A stretch of 63,801 nucleotides of DNA, filler included, from Octopus bimaculoides (lineage: Eukaryota), in assembly GCF_001194135.2 (NCBI RefSeq). It is 5 parts of 4 records of this genome, joined end to end, with 100 filler letters (N's around TTAATTAATTAA, not from the genome) between each part and the next. Parts side by side here need not be neighbours in the genome. Positions count along the whole stretch, not along the records: positions 13,506 to 40,670 come from NC_069008.1; 4 more parts are not named here. One strand, written 5' to 3'. Below, piece by piece: positions 23,340-35,189 of this stretch; position 1 is the stretch's first letter, and each line of letters begins with the position of its first letter. The notes below the pieces were generated by a model, which did not search any database, was not told the DNA's origin, and worked only from the letters and a program-made list of their open reading frames with translations. The position numbers and the translations under genes were made by a program.

Positions 23340-24300
23340 ATCTATCTCTGGATGTATAAAGTTTATATAAATGTGCGTGTATAAGTTAACGTGTGTGTGT
23401 ATGTCAGATATTAGCTATTTCGTTATATTCTTTATATATATTCTATATCGTCCGTTTTCTATTGTATATACCCTATATAAAGGTGTCTAAAGTTTATATG
23501 GGTGTATGTTTGTGAGTGTAGTGTATATGTAATAGATTTGCATGTGTGTATATGTATTATATATCAGCTATCTGGTCGTTTTTTTTTGTTGTTGTATACA
23601 CCCTACCTAGAGATGCGTGTGCGTGCGTATATGAATTAGCTTGTATGTATATGTTTATAACAGGTAAATAATTGAGAAAAAAATATATATATCTAGTTAC
23701 CTGGACTTATTTTGTATATAATCAATATACCTGTTCCATATTATATACGAGGGGTGGGGCAAAATGAGGTGTTTTACTGCATTTTTGACTTTTAGACAAA
23801 ATATACATACTTTTAAAATTTTCATTACCTAACAAAAACTATATTGGCTAACCTAAATATCTGGTCTTGTTCTTTGTATAAACATACACCTGTTTTTCTA
23901 AATGTATGAAGTGTGTATATATGTACGTACAGGTGTGTGTATTTTAGTGGGTTAACTTGTGTGTATGTATTAATTATAGATATCTGGTCGTCTTCCTTAG
24001 TCTTATAATTAATATATGTTATATATATATATATAGTCTTTGTAAATTTATAATTGAGAAAGTATATATCTAGCTATCTTATTCTTTATATGTATGTATA
24101 TATATATATATATATATATATACTTTATGGATTAAACACACCCTCGTGTGTGTATAATGGTTTAGATGGTTCGTTTATATTAGTAAAGATTTATAAATTA
24201 TCTAATCTTTTTATAATTAATATACTTGCTGTGTATATATTTACCTTTTCTGCAGATATATAAAGTTTGTGTATAAACATATCTGTTAGATAAGGAGAAT
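23340..24300. repeat. Highly degenerate tandem repeat with recurrent TATCTGGTC / ATCTAG(C/T)TA / TAATTGAGA motifs
   Basis: The motifs recur at roughly 100-150 bp spacing. Confidence 0.55.
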
Positions 24301-25064
24301 TATGTATAAATCTACATGCTTATATGTATATAGATACCAATACACACACACACACATATACATACATATTTAAATACCAATATACATCAATGCAAAACTA
24401 AAGCATGTAGTTTTGCACCTGATACAAACATCCCTAGGATTGCGTCAGTCATTTGACTGCGGCCATGCTGGAATATATATATACATATATATATATATAT
24501 AATACATACACACACACACTTATCTATATAGATAGATATACATATGTGTGTGTGTGTGTGCGACACATACACAACTAAGGACAGGAAACTAATACATGCA
24601 AAACTTTATTTGTTCATAACACTCATTTGGACACATCCTGCATCGATCCCTCGTGGGTGGAAACGCGCTGTGGTGTATATATATATATTGTTTATATATA
24701 TATATATATATATATATATNNNNNNNNNNNNNNNNNNNNNNNNNNNNNNNNNNNNNNNNNNNNNNNNNNNNNNNNNNNNNNNNNNNNNNNNNNNNNNNNN
24801 NNNNNNNNNNNNNNNNNNNNNNNNNNNNNNNNNNNNNNNNNNNNNNNNNNNNNNNNNNNNNNNNNNNNNNNNNNNNNNNNNNNNNNNNNNNNNNNNNNNN
24901 NNNNNNNNNNNNNNNNNNNNNNNNNNNNNNNNNNNNNNNNNNNNNNNNNNNNNNNNNNNNNNNNNNNNNNNNNNNNNNNNNNNNNNGTGTATATAAAATA
25001 TATACACGTGCTTTGTTTTTATTTGTTTTTCTCAGATGTGTTTTTTTGTTGTTTTTTTTTATTT

Positions 25065-25225
25065 GTTTGGCGCACCGCCTTTAGTCAAACAAATCGACCC
25101 CAGAACTTATTCTTTATAAGCGTAGTACTTATTCTATCGGGTACTTTTGCCGAACCGCTAGGTTACGGGGACGTAAACACCAGCATCGGTTGTCAAGCGA
25201 AGGTGTGTGTGTGTGGGGGGGGGAA

Positions 25226-25266
<41 letters not shown>

Positions 25267-25430
25267 GCGCGCATATTTACGATGAGCTTCTTTCAGTTTT
25301 CCGTCTACCAAATCCACTCACAAGACATTGGTCAGCCCGAGGCTATAGTAGAAGACACTTGCCCAAGGTGCCACGTAGTGGGACTGAACCCGGAACTATG
25401 TGGCTGCTAGGTAAGCAAGCTACTTACCAC
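25065..25430 (-). mobile_element. Family B composite SINE
   Basis: Same module order as 5690-6125, with an internal (CA)n. Confidence 0.85.
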
Positions 25431-25675
25431 GTGCGTGTGTGCACACATGTATTCATGTATATTTCCTGTTTCTCAAATATTTACACTTAGCTGCTTCTGT
25501 GACGCACAAGGACAATATTAATAGTCATAATTAAGTTGAAGTTGTGACTAATCGAATGACGGAATGTTCACCGCTGGGACACCTGTGATCATAGTTCTCC
25601 ACGTGATAAATGACTAGCTTCTTAGAAATAGCAGCCAAATCTCCTTCAAAATCGCACCTTTGTATGTGTCAATCA

Positions 25676-26027
25676 GTTTTATTTCATGATTTCTTGCCAA
25701 TAGAGGAAGAACCGGTTTTTAACCTAGATTTGAGGCTCCTTCATTGGAATTTCAACAACAACAGAATATTTTTGTTTGTTTGTATGTATGTATGTTTTGC
25801 TTTATGTATGCATTCTCATGCATATAGCTACATATCTAGACAAGCTCATGTATATTTAAATGATAAACTTCTGGAAAGTTTTACAGCGATGGATTGGATC
25901 TGTAGTCCTTGAATTACCTTTCTCCTTTCTGGTTTTGAGAAGCCTAAATTCTCAAGATTGGTATTTAGGCAGTGTGTTACCATATCCCAGAGCCCCAATA
26001 ATTACAGGTATAAACCTGAACTTGTAA
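25676..26027 (-). mobile_element. 5'-truncated R4/Dong-type 3' end plus downstream ~100-bp module
   Basis: 25775-26027 aligns with 15750-15995; 25676-25772 aligns (as reverse complement) with 47140-47240. Confidence 0.85.
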
Positions 26028-26832
26028 TCTATGTATGTATGAGCCAATGAGGGAGACCTCTACATGGCAGCTAGACCTGGTAGAAATAGCAGCCAAATCT
26101 CCCTCAACTAACTATACGCGAAGGGGTTAACACAGAGGAGACGACTTTGAATAAAACTAGTTTTATTTTTATCCCCAGGACTGCGTTTCTCTGACTTTAT
26201 TTCCTCATAACTTGCTGAAAAATGCACATATTTGAATGAAATTTTGTGTAGATACATTTTCAGGATTGTAGATTACGATTTTGTTGATGTTTCAAACAGA
26301 GAAATCTGTAAAAAAGTTAAAAGATACTAATTAACGGAAACTTGTCTCTAGGTGGACACTGGGAAGAAAGGAACAACCCAAAGCTCCTCAAAAATATTTT
26401 CCTGAATTTTATTAGCACATTCGTAATGTATGTCCTTGAAAAAAATATATCTCTGCAAAGTTTCATTTAGAAATACGTACGTATCTCAAATACTATTTAC
26501 GGAAATGTGTGCCTCCTCAAACTTAACTGGAAAAATTGATCTTTTTGAAGAAAATTTTCAATTAAAATGTTTCGTATTGGCGTAGATTACGACTGAGTCG
26601 GAATTTGATGCGAAGGAAAACGCATGAGGAAACCAGTGAAATTATCCGATGCTTGTAGCTCTAACCTTTTTATTTCCACATCAATTTCCAACACGTTGTA
26701 TTCTCCATAATCAGAAACGTATTTCTAGAAGGTATTATTTAAAAATATCTCTTTTTCAGATAGTTATGTGGAAACAAGTAAAATATGAAAAGATAATCGT
26801 AATCTTCACCGTCAAAAACACATCCCTGCAAC

Positions 26833-27097
26833 CAGGGCTGTGGAGTCAGAAACAATTAAGGGCAGCTGGAGTCGGAGTCGGTAAAACTATATTGACTCTG
26901 ACTCACAATATCTTTATTCTTTAATATAAACCAGTTATAACCTATAGGCTGACTCAGTACAAGCGAATGCATATGCTTTATGAGATACGTAGACCACAGT
27001 CACTTAATTACATAAAGAGGAGTCAGTGTTGGAGGTGCCAATAGTACAGGAGTCGGAGTTGGAGTCGAAGCTTTTTTATTTCGACTCCACTGCCCTG
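26833..27097. mobile_element. hAT-superfamily MITE, 265 bp, with 8-bp TSD
   Basis: TIRs CAGGGCTGTGGAGTC / GACTCCACTGCCCTG; CCTGCAAC duplicated at 26825-26832 and 27098-27105; GGAGTC subterminal repeats. Confidence 0.93.
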
Positions 27098-27119
27098 CCT
27101 GCAACGTTTCGAACGTTGG

Positions 27120-27420
27120 GCTTCACAGAGGCAATGGCTAGGGACCAAGACCTTTGGCAATATGCTCTGCTTGACCCATCAAGCCAGGTGATGAAATTGT
27201 AGTTGTGACAGATCCTGGTGTCACATGCAAATGGCACCCGTGCTGGTGGCACGTAAAACCCCCCATTACACTCTTGGAGTGGTTGGCATTAGGAAGGGCA
27301 ACCAGTCATGGAAACCATGCCAAATCAGACTGGAGTCTGGTACAGCCCCTCGGCTTATTAGCCCTGGTCAAACTGTCCAACCCATGCCAGCATGGACAAC
27401 GGACATTAAATGATGATGAT
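27120..27420 (+). mobile_element. RTE-type LINE/SINE 3' end with (GAT)n tail
   Basis: TGGTTGGCATTAGGAAGGGCA...CCAACCCATGCCAGCATGGACAACGGACATTAAATGATGATGAT; related copies on the minus strand at 29235-29430, 38750-38890 and 40497-40670. Confidence 0.8.
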
Positions 27421-27523
27421 TTCAATAAATAAAAATACACACTTCTCATAAATTTATGACAAAATTAAGTCGATTATGCCATTTATTTCCCTCCAAATAT
27501 GTGTCAAGCTAATTAAATAAATT

Positions 27524-27933
27524 GTAGATTACAAGGGTCAATGTAAATCGACTTTCCCCTCCCCACAAAAATTTCAGCCCTTGTGCCTATAATAGAAAGG
27601 ATTATTATTATTATATTTCTGTAATAATACATGGAACTTTTGACGAGATTAAATTACATTCGTTAGAATGACAATTCTATACTTGTATTGTTAATTAGTA
27701 AGTGACTTAAATATTTGTTTAATTACCTCTTCTAATATTTATGATATTTAAATGAATTAAGTCTTCTTTATCTGTGACTAGTTTTCCCTTCGCCTAACGA
27801 ATGTAATTTAATCTCGTCAAAAGTTCCATGTATTATTACAGAAATATAATAATAATCCTTTCTATTATAGGCACAAGGGCTGAAATTTTTGTGGGGAGGG
27901 GAAAGTCGATTTACATTGACCCCTGTAATCTAC
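27524..27933. repeat. Near-perfect ~140-bp inverted duplication
   Basis: 27524-27666 vs the reverse complement of 27794-27933 differ by one substitution and one ATT unit; 127-bp spacer. Confidence 0.95.
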
Positions 27934-28365
27934 TGGGACTGATTTCATCAACCCCAGTAGGACGAAAGGCTGAGTTGACCTCAGTGATAAAAATAATAAT
28001 AATAATAACCCTTTCTACTATAGGCACAAGGCCGGCAATTGTGGGGAAGGGGAGGTAGCTAATCGATTACATCGACCCCAGTGTTTTACTGGTACTTAAT
28101 TTATTGACCCCGAAAGTATGAAAAGTAAAGTCGACCTCGGTGTAATTTGAACCGAGAACCTAGTGGCAGATGAAAAATACCTCTAAGCATTTTGCCCGGC
28201 ATGCTAACCATTCTGCCAGATCACCACCTTAGAATAATAATAATAATAAAGGGACAAGGCCTGAAATTTTCAGTGAGGGGTAAGTCAATTACAGTGACGC
28301 CAGTATTCCACTGGTACTTTTTATTGGCCCTGAAAGGATGAAAAACAAAGTCGACCTCAGCGGAA
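27850..28365 (-). mobile_element. Cluster of three family A SINEs/fragments
   Basis: Repeated CCTTTCTA(C/T)TATAGGCACAAGG...GACCCC...CTGGTACTT...GAAAGG ATGAAA...GTCGACCTC modules. Confidence 0.8.
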
Positions 28366-28384
28366 TTGGAAATAATAACAACAA

Positions 28385-28470
28385 TAAACACACACAATGC
28401 CCGGTCTGGGAATCGAAACCGCGATCCTCCGACCGCAAGTCCGCTGCCCTAACCACTGGGCCATTGCACT
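28385..28470 (-). mobile_element. tRNA-derived SINE head (family C)
   Basis: Minus strand GCAATGGCCCAGTGGTTAGGGCAGCGGAC...GGTTTCGATTCCCAGACC with A and B boxes; same head as 63482. Confidence 0.85.
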
Positions 28471-28689
28471 TCCACTATGAATTTATTAAATGGTATAGAA
28501 GATCTATAAATGAGGGAAAGACGAATAAATGTTGAGTCAACAACTTGTGAATCATAAAAGTGAAGGAGGGGGAGGAGCTGATTGTAAGGCAATAAATGTC
28601 TGGAGAGGCAAGGAAGGAAGGCCAATGCAGAGTCAGCTGACATATTGTTATAGGGCATGTATGTATATTATGTGTGTATTTTTATTCTT

Positions 28690-29005
28690 TTACTTGTTTC
28701 AGTCATTTGGATGCGGCCATGCTGGAGCACCATCTTAAAGGCTTTTAGGAGAACAAATCAACTCCAGGACTTTTTTTTTTTTAAAGCCTAGTATTTATTC
28801 TATCAGTCTTTTTTGCCAAACCGCTAAGTTATGGGGGATGAAAACACACCAACATCGGTTGTCAAGTGATGGCAGGGGACAAACAGACACACAAATATTA
28901 AATATATATTTATGTACATGTATCCCACATTTTTCTTTCAGTTTCTGTCTACCAAATTCACTCAGAAGGCTTTGGTCAGCCTGATACTGTAGTAGAAGAC
29001 ACTTG
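28690..29005 (-). mobile_element. Family B SINE
   Basis: TTGTTTCAGTCATTTGGATGCGGCCATGCTGGAGCACC...GAAGACACTTGCC. Confidence 0.82.
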
Positions 29006-29656
29006 CCGGATTTAAAACACTGGATGATGATGATGATGATGGTTAGCTCCCTCTCTCCATCAAATCGACATTGCTTGAACAGATGCACAGGTGTACCACA
29101 CCTCAGGTGTTGAAGTGATTGCAGAGCAATGCGAGATGAAGGGTTTCGCTCAAGAACACAATGCACCACCCTGTCTCTGAATTGAAACCACGATCTAGTG
29201 ATGTGTATGTGAGATAGATGTATATGAAATATGTGTATATATCATCATCATCATCATCATCATCATCATTTAACATCCATGTTCCGTGGGTGGGATGGTT
29301 TCACAAGAGCCAGCCAGGCCGAAGCCTGCACCAGACTTCTGTGACTTTAGGCAGGGTTGTTGCCCTTCCTAATTCCAACCACTCAGCAGAGTGGACTCAG
29401 TGCTTTTTATGTGGCACAAGCACCAGCGAGGTGGTTGGCATGAGCACAAGATATGTGTATATATGTATTTGAGGGGCTTCTTTCAGTTTCTGGCCTAAGT
29501 CTATACTCTATACTGCAAGACACTTACACAAGTTGCTTTACTGTAGAACCCGGAATCATGTGGATGGGATGCAAACTTCCTACCACACAACCACAGAATA
29601 TTAGGAAAATCTGTTGTGATATATATTTACTAGTTTTTTTTTCCGTCTTTCTTTAG

Positions 29657-29753
29657 AGGAGGTGAGAAAGAAATTTCTTGGACTATTCTGAAGAAAACTA
29701 ACGAAGTTGATTATGATTAGATGACACTACCTGTTGATAACATCACAGAACAG
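29657..29753 (+). CDS. Candidate exon carrying a start codon (ATG at 29721, MTLPVDNITEQ, phase-0 donor); product unknown
   Basis: Strong acceptor TTTTTTTTCCGTCTTTCTTTAG| and donor CAG|GTAAGA in unique sequence between SINEs; in-frame TAG just before the ATG. No downstream exon identified. Confidence 0.35.
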
Positions 29754-30249
29754 GTAAGATACATTCTTTTATCGTTGATTTGTTTCAGTCAGTAGACCGT
29801 GGCCATGCTAGGGCATTGTCAAACAGTTTGATGTAAATACTTCTTTTTTAAAGTCTGATACTTATTTTATTGGTGTCTTTTGCTGAACTGCTAAGTTACA
29901 GGGATGTAACCTAACCAACACACTTGTGAGGTCACTTGTGAGGTTTCTCATGAGTTTTACTGGTGCCATGGAATCCAGTGCACCCTGTTGGATGGTTGGG
30001 CTGCCGATGACTAAACCAGCACCTGCACTCGGTTTGCAGGAAACTCAGCAGGACTCAAAACAAGACCTGTCAACAGGACGGATGAACCTAGGATAGGGTC
30101 TACGACTATCCAGCAATAGCAGAGATCCCCAGAAATTCCAGGTTGATGTCTGGCATGATGGAAGGACCACTGAGGATGAGGCACCCTAGCAAAGGTTTTC
30201 CCATACAACCACACCTGCACCTATTGCTTTTCTTTGCTAATTGAAAGTG

Positions 30250-30440
30250 CCCTTTCCTGTTTCCCTGGCATAAAGAACTGCCGGTGGAGCTAAGCCATTA
30301 TAGAGCCAGACCTGATTGTGTTGCAGGAGCAGACGGTACACATTCTCTGGAAGATGGCAGTGGCTTTGCCAATTCCATAGCTGATGTTAGTCTCAATTAT
30401 TGCTGATGACACTAAAGCAGAAGTTGGGGAACTTTTTAAC
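30250..30440 (-). mobile_element. RTE-like LINE RT C-terminal remnant
   Basis: Minus frames give IETNISYGIGKATAIFQRM and WLYNGLAPPAVLYARET, resembling RIGKAxxxFxxL...KLxLYxxxVxPxLLYGxETW. Confidence 0.65.
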
Positions 30441-30876
30441 CAATTATTCCCAAATATATTTACTTATGGCACTCGTGTGTCAGTGGAATGTTATATATAC
30501 ACACGCACACACAGAGTAATGCCCCGATATGCGGGTTACTATGGTCCCGGACGCTGCTCATAAAGTGAAAACTCATAAATCAGAGCAATAATTTCCCATA
30601 GTAGCAATGAAATTTATGCTGTCATTTTACTCTGTCATTGTGTAGACATGTCAGGACGAGTGCTGCCGCCACGTTGCCACATTCATAAAATGGCTGTTTA
30701 ATTTTTTATATTTATTATAAAATAAAGCTTGTAAAACCAGGGTTTCGTAAATCAGGTCCTTATAAAGTGAGGTATTTACTGTATATATATATATAATATA
30801 TATTAAATATTCATGTATTTATCTCTCACTAGATGGAGTAGTTTATCTGTTCATCCTAACTATAACAAAAATTGTA

Positions 30877-30907
<31 letters not shown>

Positions 30908-30914
30908 CGCCTCT

Positions 30915-31445
30915 TTTCAGTCATTTGATTGCGGTCATGCTGGAGCACTGCCTTTAGTTGAACGAATTGACCCTAGGGCTTATTCTTTGTAAGCGTAGTA
31001 CTTATTCTATTGGTCTCTTCCCAAACTGCTAAGTTACGGGGATGTAAACACACCAACATTGGTTGTCAAGCGATGATGGGGGGACAAACACAGTTGTACA
31101 AATTCACACACACACATGCATATATNNNNNNNNNNNNNNNNNNNNNNNNNNNNNNNNNNNNNNNNNNNNNNNNNNNNNNNNNNNNNNNNNNNNNNNNNNN
31201 NNNNNNNNNNNNNNNNNNNNNNNNNNNNNNNNNNNNNNNNNNNNNNNNNNNNNNNNNNNNNNNNNNNNNNNNNNNNNNNNNNNNNNNNNNNNNNNNNNNN
31301 NNNNNNNNNNNNNNNNNNNNNNNNNNNNNNNNNNNNNNNNNNNNNNNTATATATATATATATATATATGATGGGGTTCTTTCAGTTTCTGTCTACGCAAT
31401 CCACTCACATGATCTTTGTAAACAAAAGGCTCATTCATGGGGTGT
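30915..31445 (-). mobile_element. Family B SINE with its internal microsatellite collapsed to a gap
   Basis: The 3' module (30915-31100) and the GAAACTGAAAGAA module (31370-31420) flank the N run. Confidence 0.8.
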
Positions 31446-31741
31446 AGTTTCTAGTTGACATAAACATGTCCTGGAAGAATATTGCTTCACTTGGAACTGG
31501 AAGGCAGGGTGGTGATGGGAAGAGTGGCCTTAGGAAAAAACTGCTCCAACATGCACTCCTCTGACCCATGCAGGCATGGAAAAGTAGATGTTAAAATGAT
31601 GGGTTTCTTTCAGTTTCCATCTACCAAATTCACTTTCAGTGTTTTGGTCAGCCTGAGGTTATAGAAAACGTTTTACCTGAGCAGTGAAGTCCATAACCAG
31701 ACAGCCACATTTGTGCCTAATATCTGTCAATTGAATCAAGC

Positions 31742-32005
31742 TTGGTACTTTATATTATCAGACAAGCAGTACTTTATTTTATTGACCAAATGGTACTTTA
31801 TTTTATTGACGAAGTGACACTTTATGTTATTGACCAAGTGGTACTTTATTTTATTGACCGAGTGGTACTTCATTTTATCGTCCGAGTGGTACTTCATTTT
31901 ATCGGCCGAGTGCTACTTCATTTTATCGGCCGAGTGCTACTTCATTTTATCGGCCGAGTGCTACTTCATTTTATCGGCCGAGTGGTACTTTACTTTATCG
32001 GTCAA
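31742..32005 (+). repeat. 24-bp minisatellite, 11 units
   Basis: Units start every 24 bp from 31742 to 31982; GTGCTACTTCATTTTATCGGCCGA is exact at 31910, 31934 and 31958. Confidence 0.92.
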
Positions 32006-33055
32006 GTTGTGTTTTGTTTTGCTGGAACGAGAGGCGCTTTATATCACTGGATGACNNNNNNNNNNNNNNNNNNNNNNNNNNNNNNNNNNNNNNNNNNNNN
32101 NNNNNNNNNNNNNNNNNNNNNNNNNNNNNNNNNNNNNNNNNNNNNNNNNNNNNNNNNNNNNNNNNNNNNNNNNNNNNNNNNNNNNNNNNNNNNNNNNNNN
32201 NNNNNNNNNNNNNNNNNNNNNNNNNNNNNNNNNNNNNNNNNNNNNNNNNNNNNNNNNNNNNNNNNNNNNNNNNNNNNNNNNNNNNNNNNNNNNNNNNNNN
32301 NNNNNNNNNNNNNNNNNNNNNNNNNNNNNNNNNNNNNNNNNNNNNNNNNNNNNNNNNNNNNNNNNNNNNNNNNNNNNNNNNNNNNNNNNNNNNNNNNNNN
32401 NNNNNNNNNNNNNNNNNNNNNNNNNNNNNNNNNNNNNNNNNNNNNNNNNNNNNNNNNNNNNNNNNNNNNNNNNNNNNNNNNNNNNNNNNNNNNNNNNNNN
32501 NNNNNNNNNNNNNNNNNNNNNNNNNNNNNNNNNNNNNNNNNNNNNNNNNNNNNNNNNNNNNNNNNNNNNNNNNNNNNNNNNNNNNNNNNNNNNNNNNNNN
32601 NNNNNNNNNNNNNNNNNNNNNNNNNNNNNNNNNNNNNNNNNNNNNNNNNNNNNNNNNNNNNNNNNNNNNNNNNNNNNNNNNNNNNNNNNNNNNNNNNNNN
32701 NNNNNNNNNNNNNNNNNNNNNNNNNNNNNNNNNNNNGGGGAGGAACAGAGAGAGAGAGAGAGAGTCTTGTTTGTTCAAGGGGGGGTTACACTGACTTAAA
32801 AATTCAATACATTATTATTATTATTATGTTCTGCTGCTGCTGCTACTGCAACTGCCTCAGATTTGAGCTAATTTCTTGTCTTTCTCTCTTTCTCTCTCCT
32901 TCCAGTGACAGTGGGAGGGTGTCAATAAAATGAAACAGCCAGTCAAGTGCTTGTGTTGATATAATTGACATCCCTGCCCCCCCCCTCCTTCACTACCATG
33001 GTAAAGGTTTGGCCTTGTCCCAATCTCAGACATTTATTATTATTATTATCATCAA

Positions 33056-33268
33056 GTTGGTGAGCTGGCAGAATTTGTTATCACGATGGGTGAAATGCCT
33101 AGTGGTATTTCGTCTGTCCTTACGCTCTGAGTTCAAATTCCACCGAGGCTGACTTAGCTTTTCATCCTTTTGGGGGGTCGATGAAATAAGTACCAGTTGA
33201 GCACCGGGGTCAATGTCATTGACTAACCCCTTTCAGGCCTTGTGCCTTATAATAGAAAGGATTATTAT
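33056..33268 (+). mobile_element. Family A SINE
   Basis: GGTGAGCTGGCAGAA...GAGTTCAAATTCC...TTTCATCCTTTGGGG...AAGTACCAG. Confidence 0.85.
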
Positions 33269-34084
33269 AGGATTGGTGGATGTTCCAATCTGGCAATCTA
33301 TGGAAGATTAGTGGCGCAAAAAAGTTGCCAACGTTTTCTGGGAGACCTTTTGTGTCGATGGAAAGCAAATCGACCATTTCGTTCTGGAGGACTTGATGGC
33401 TGGGAACTATAATTCCTGGTCTGGCAGCGGGATCAAGAAATGCTTCTGGTTTGAGATGAACTCTAAAGGTACAGATATGCTGTCAGTTGAGCTTATCCAA
33501 GATGCGGGCAGAATAATAGAATGGTTCTGCACACATCTGTTCAGTGTCTGAGCATTGTTGACTTGTTAAATGTCGAACAGCTACTGTCACGTTTGGGATG
33601 GTTCTGTCTATCAATGAAGCTTACAGTGATGTTTGCCCCACTGCCCTCTTTTAGCTGAACAGGTAATGGTAGTTTGTCTTAATCTGGTGCCTTTTGTGAA
33701 AGAGGTATGAGGAAAGAGAGGTTTCTCTTAAGTGGGACCCTCCTCAATGTCTCCATATTTCAATCAGAAAGGAAAGTCAAGAATGAAGAAGAAGGTGTTA
33801 CTCTCAAAGTGAATTTATTGAAAGTTTTATTGCTGCGTTTTGTTTACTGTTTGTGTGACGCTACTTTTATATGTTTCCTCTTTGGAAATAGGATAATAAA
33901 TATATTTTACTTTTGAAGTAGGAATTTATATTGATAAACACGTCACTTAGAACTTAGTTATAAGTGTTGTCATTATACATAAATTCTGACAAAAGCTACA
34001 TAAATGCCATAGCAAGAAATATATACTCTGAAACACTAACGGACATTGTATGCATGTATGTTGAAGATAAATAAATTCCTGTTC

Positions 34085-34313
34085 TTTTAACTGCGATAAA
34101 AAAAATACAGATTCATAATTGCAGAAATAAATTTCATTAACAAGTTGCTCAAAGGGGATCTCCCATTTCTACAATACACAAAATATTTCAACAATTTTTT
34201 TTTTATATAAATTAATTCCTAATGGCTATGGGGGTCCCACCTGACTAAGACAGGAATCGAAGGGGATCTGTTGGTAAAAAAATAAGAAAGACAAAAATGA
34301 TTGAGAATCACTG
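34085..34313. mobile_element. Possible hAT/Charlie-like element end
   Basis: Ends TTGAGAATCACTG, whose reverse complement CAGTGATTCTCAA resembles CAGTGGTTCTCAA hAT TIRs. Confidence 0.35.
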
Positions 34314-34619
34314 GCCTAGAAGATAGGTCTTGAAACATTCATCTCTCCATTTCATCCAAACCCTGCCCGGCCCCACTCTCTGCTCTTCTTCGCCCTCCCG
34401 CACCTCCCCTCCACACCACCTTTCTCCTGTAATTGAAGCATATAACCTAATTGTGCAACATTGTGACACAGCTAAACCTGTGTGTGTGTGTAGCTGCTAT
34501 GTAATTAGGCACACTGCCTCCTCTTCCTCCTCCTCAGGTATGTGGTACTTGTCTTCCTATTTCTCATGGCTCCAATTGTCTGCATGTGTATATATATGTT
34601 CGTGTGTGTGTATCTATTA

Positions 34620-34975
34620 TCTTTTGACTCATTTCGGTCATCACATACTGGCCATGCTGGAGCATCGCCTTGAAGAGTTTTAGCTGAACGAATTGATTGC
34701 GGGATTTATTTATTTATTCATTCATTCATTTTTTTCTTTTTAAAGCCTGGCACTTTTTTTTATCGTATTCTTTTGCCGAACTGCTAAGTTACGGGGATGT
34801 AAACACACCAGCACCGGTTGCCAAACAGTGGTGGAGGACAAACATAGACACAGACGCACACACACACACACAAATATATGCATATATTTATACGATGGGC
34901 TCCTTTCAGTTTCCGTCTACCAAATCCACTTGCATGGCTTTGGTCGGACCAAGGCTATAGTAGGACTCAACCTGG
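34620..34975 (-). mobile_element. Family B SINE
   Basis: Same modules as other family B copies. Confidence 0.82.
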
Positions 34976-35001
34976 GTTCTCATTCCTAAGGTATTTTTCG
35001 A

Positions 35002-35044
<43 letters not shown>

Positions 35045-35189
35045 TTCTGTATTTAAGAGATGAAGAATTATATACATTATTTACATTTGACGGATATTTG
35101 TCCTCATCTCATTAAATGACGGTGATGACGTTGCAGTAGAACTCTTGATTGATGGTCTGGCCCGGGTGGGGGGAGGGGGATACTGCAGC

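Noticed and set aside
30520-30785. Possible Tigger/pogo-like MITE
   Set aside because: The two ends are individually TIR-like but do not match each other well enough to call.
31742-32054. 8-residue-repeat ORF as a real repeat protein
   Set aside because: The unit derives from a SINE motif, the ORF starts at a TTG and runs into a gap; no coding support.
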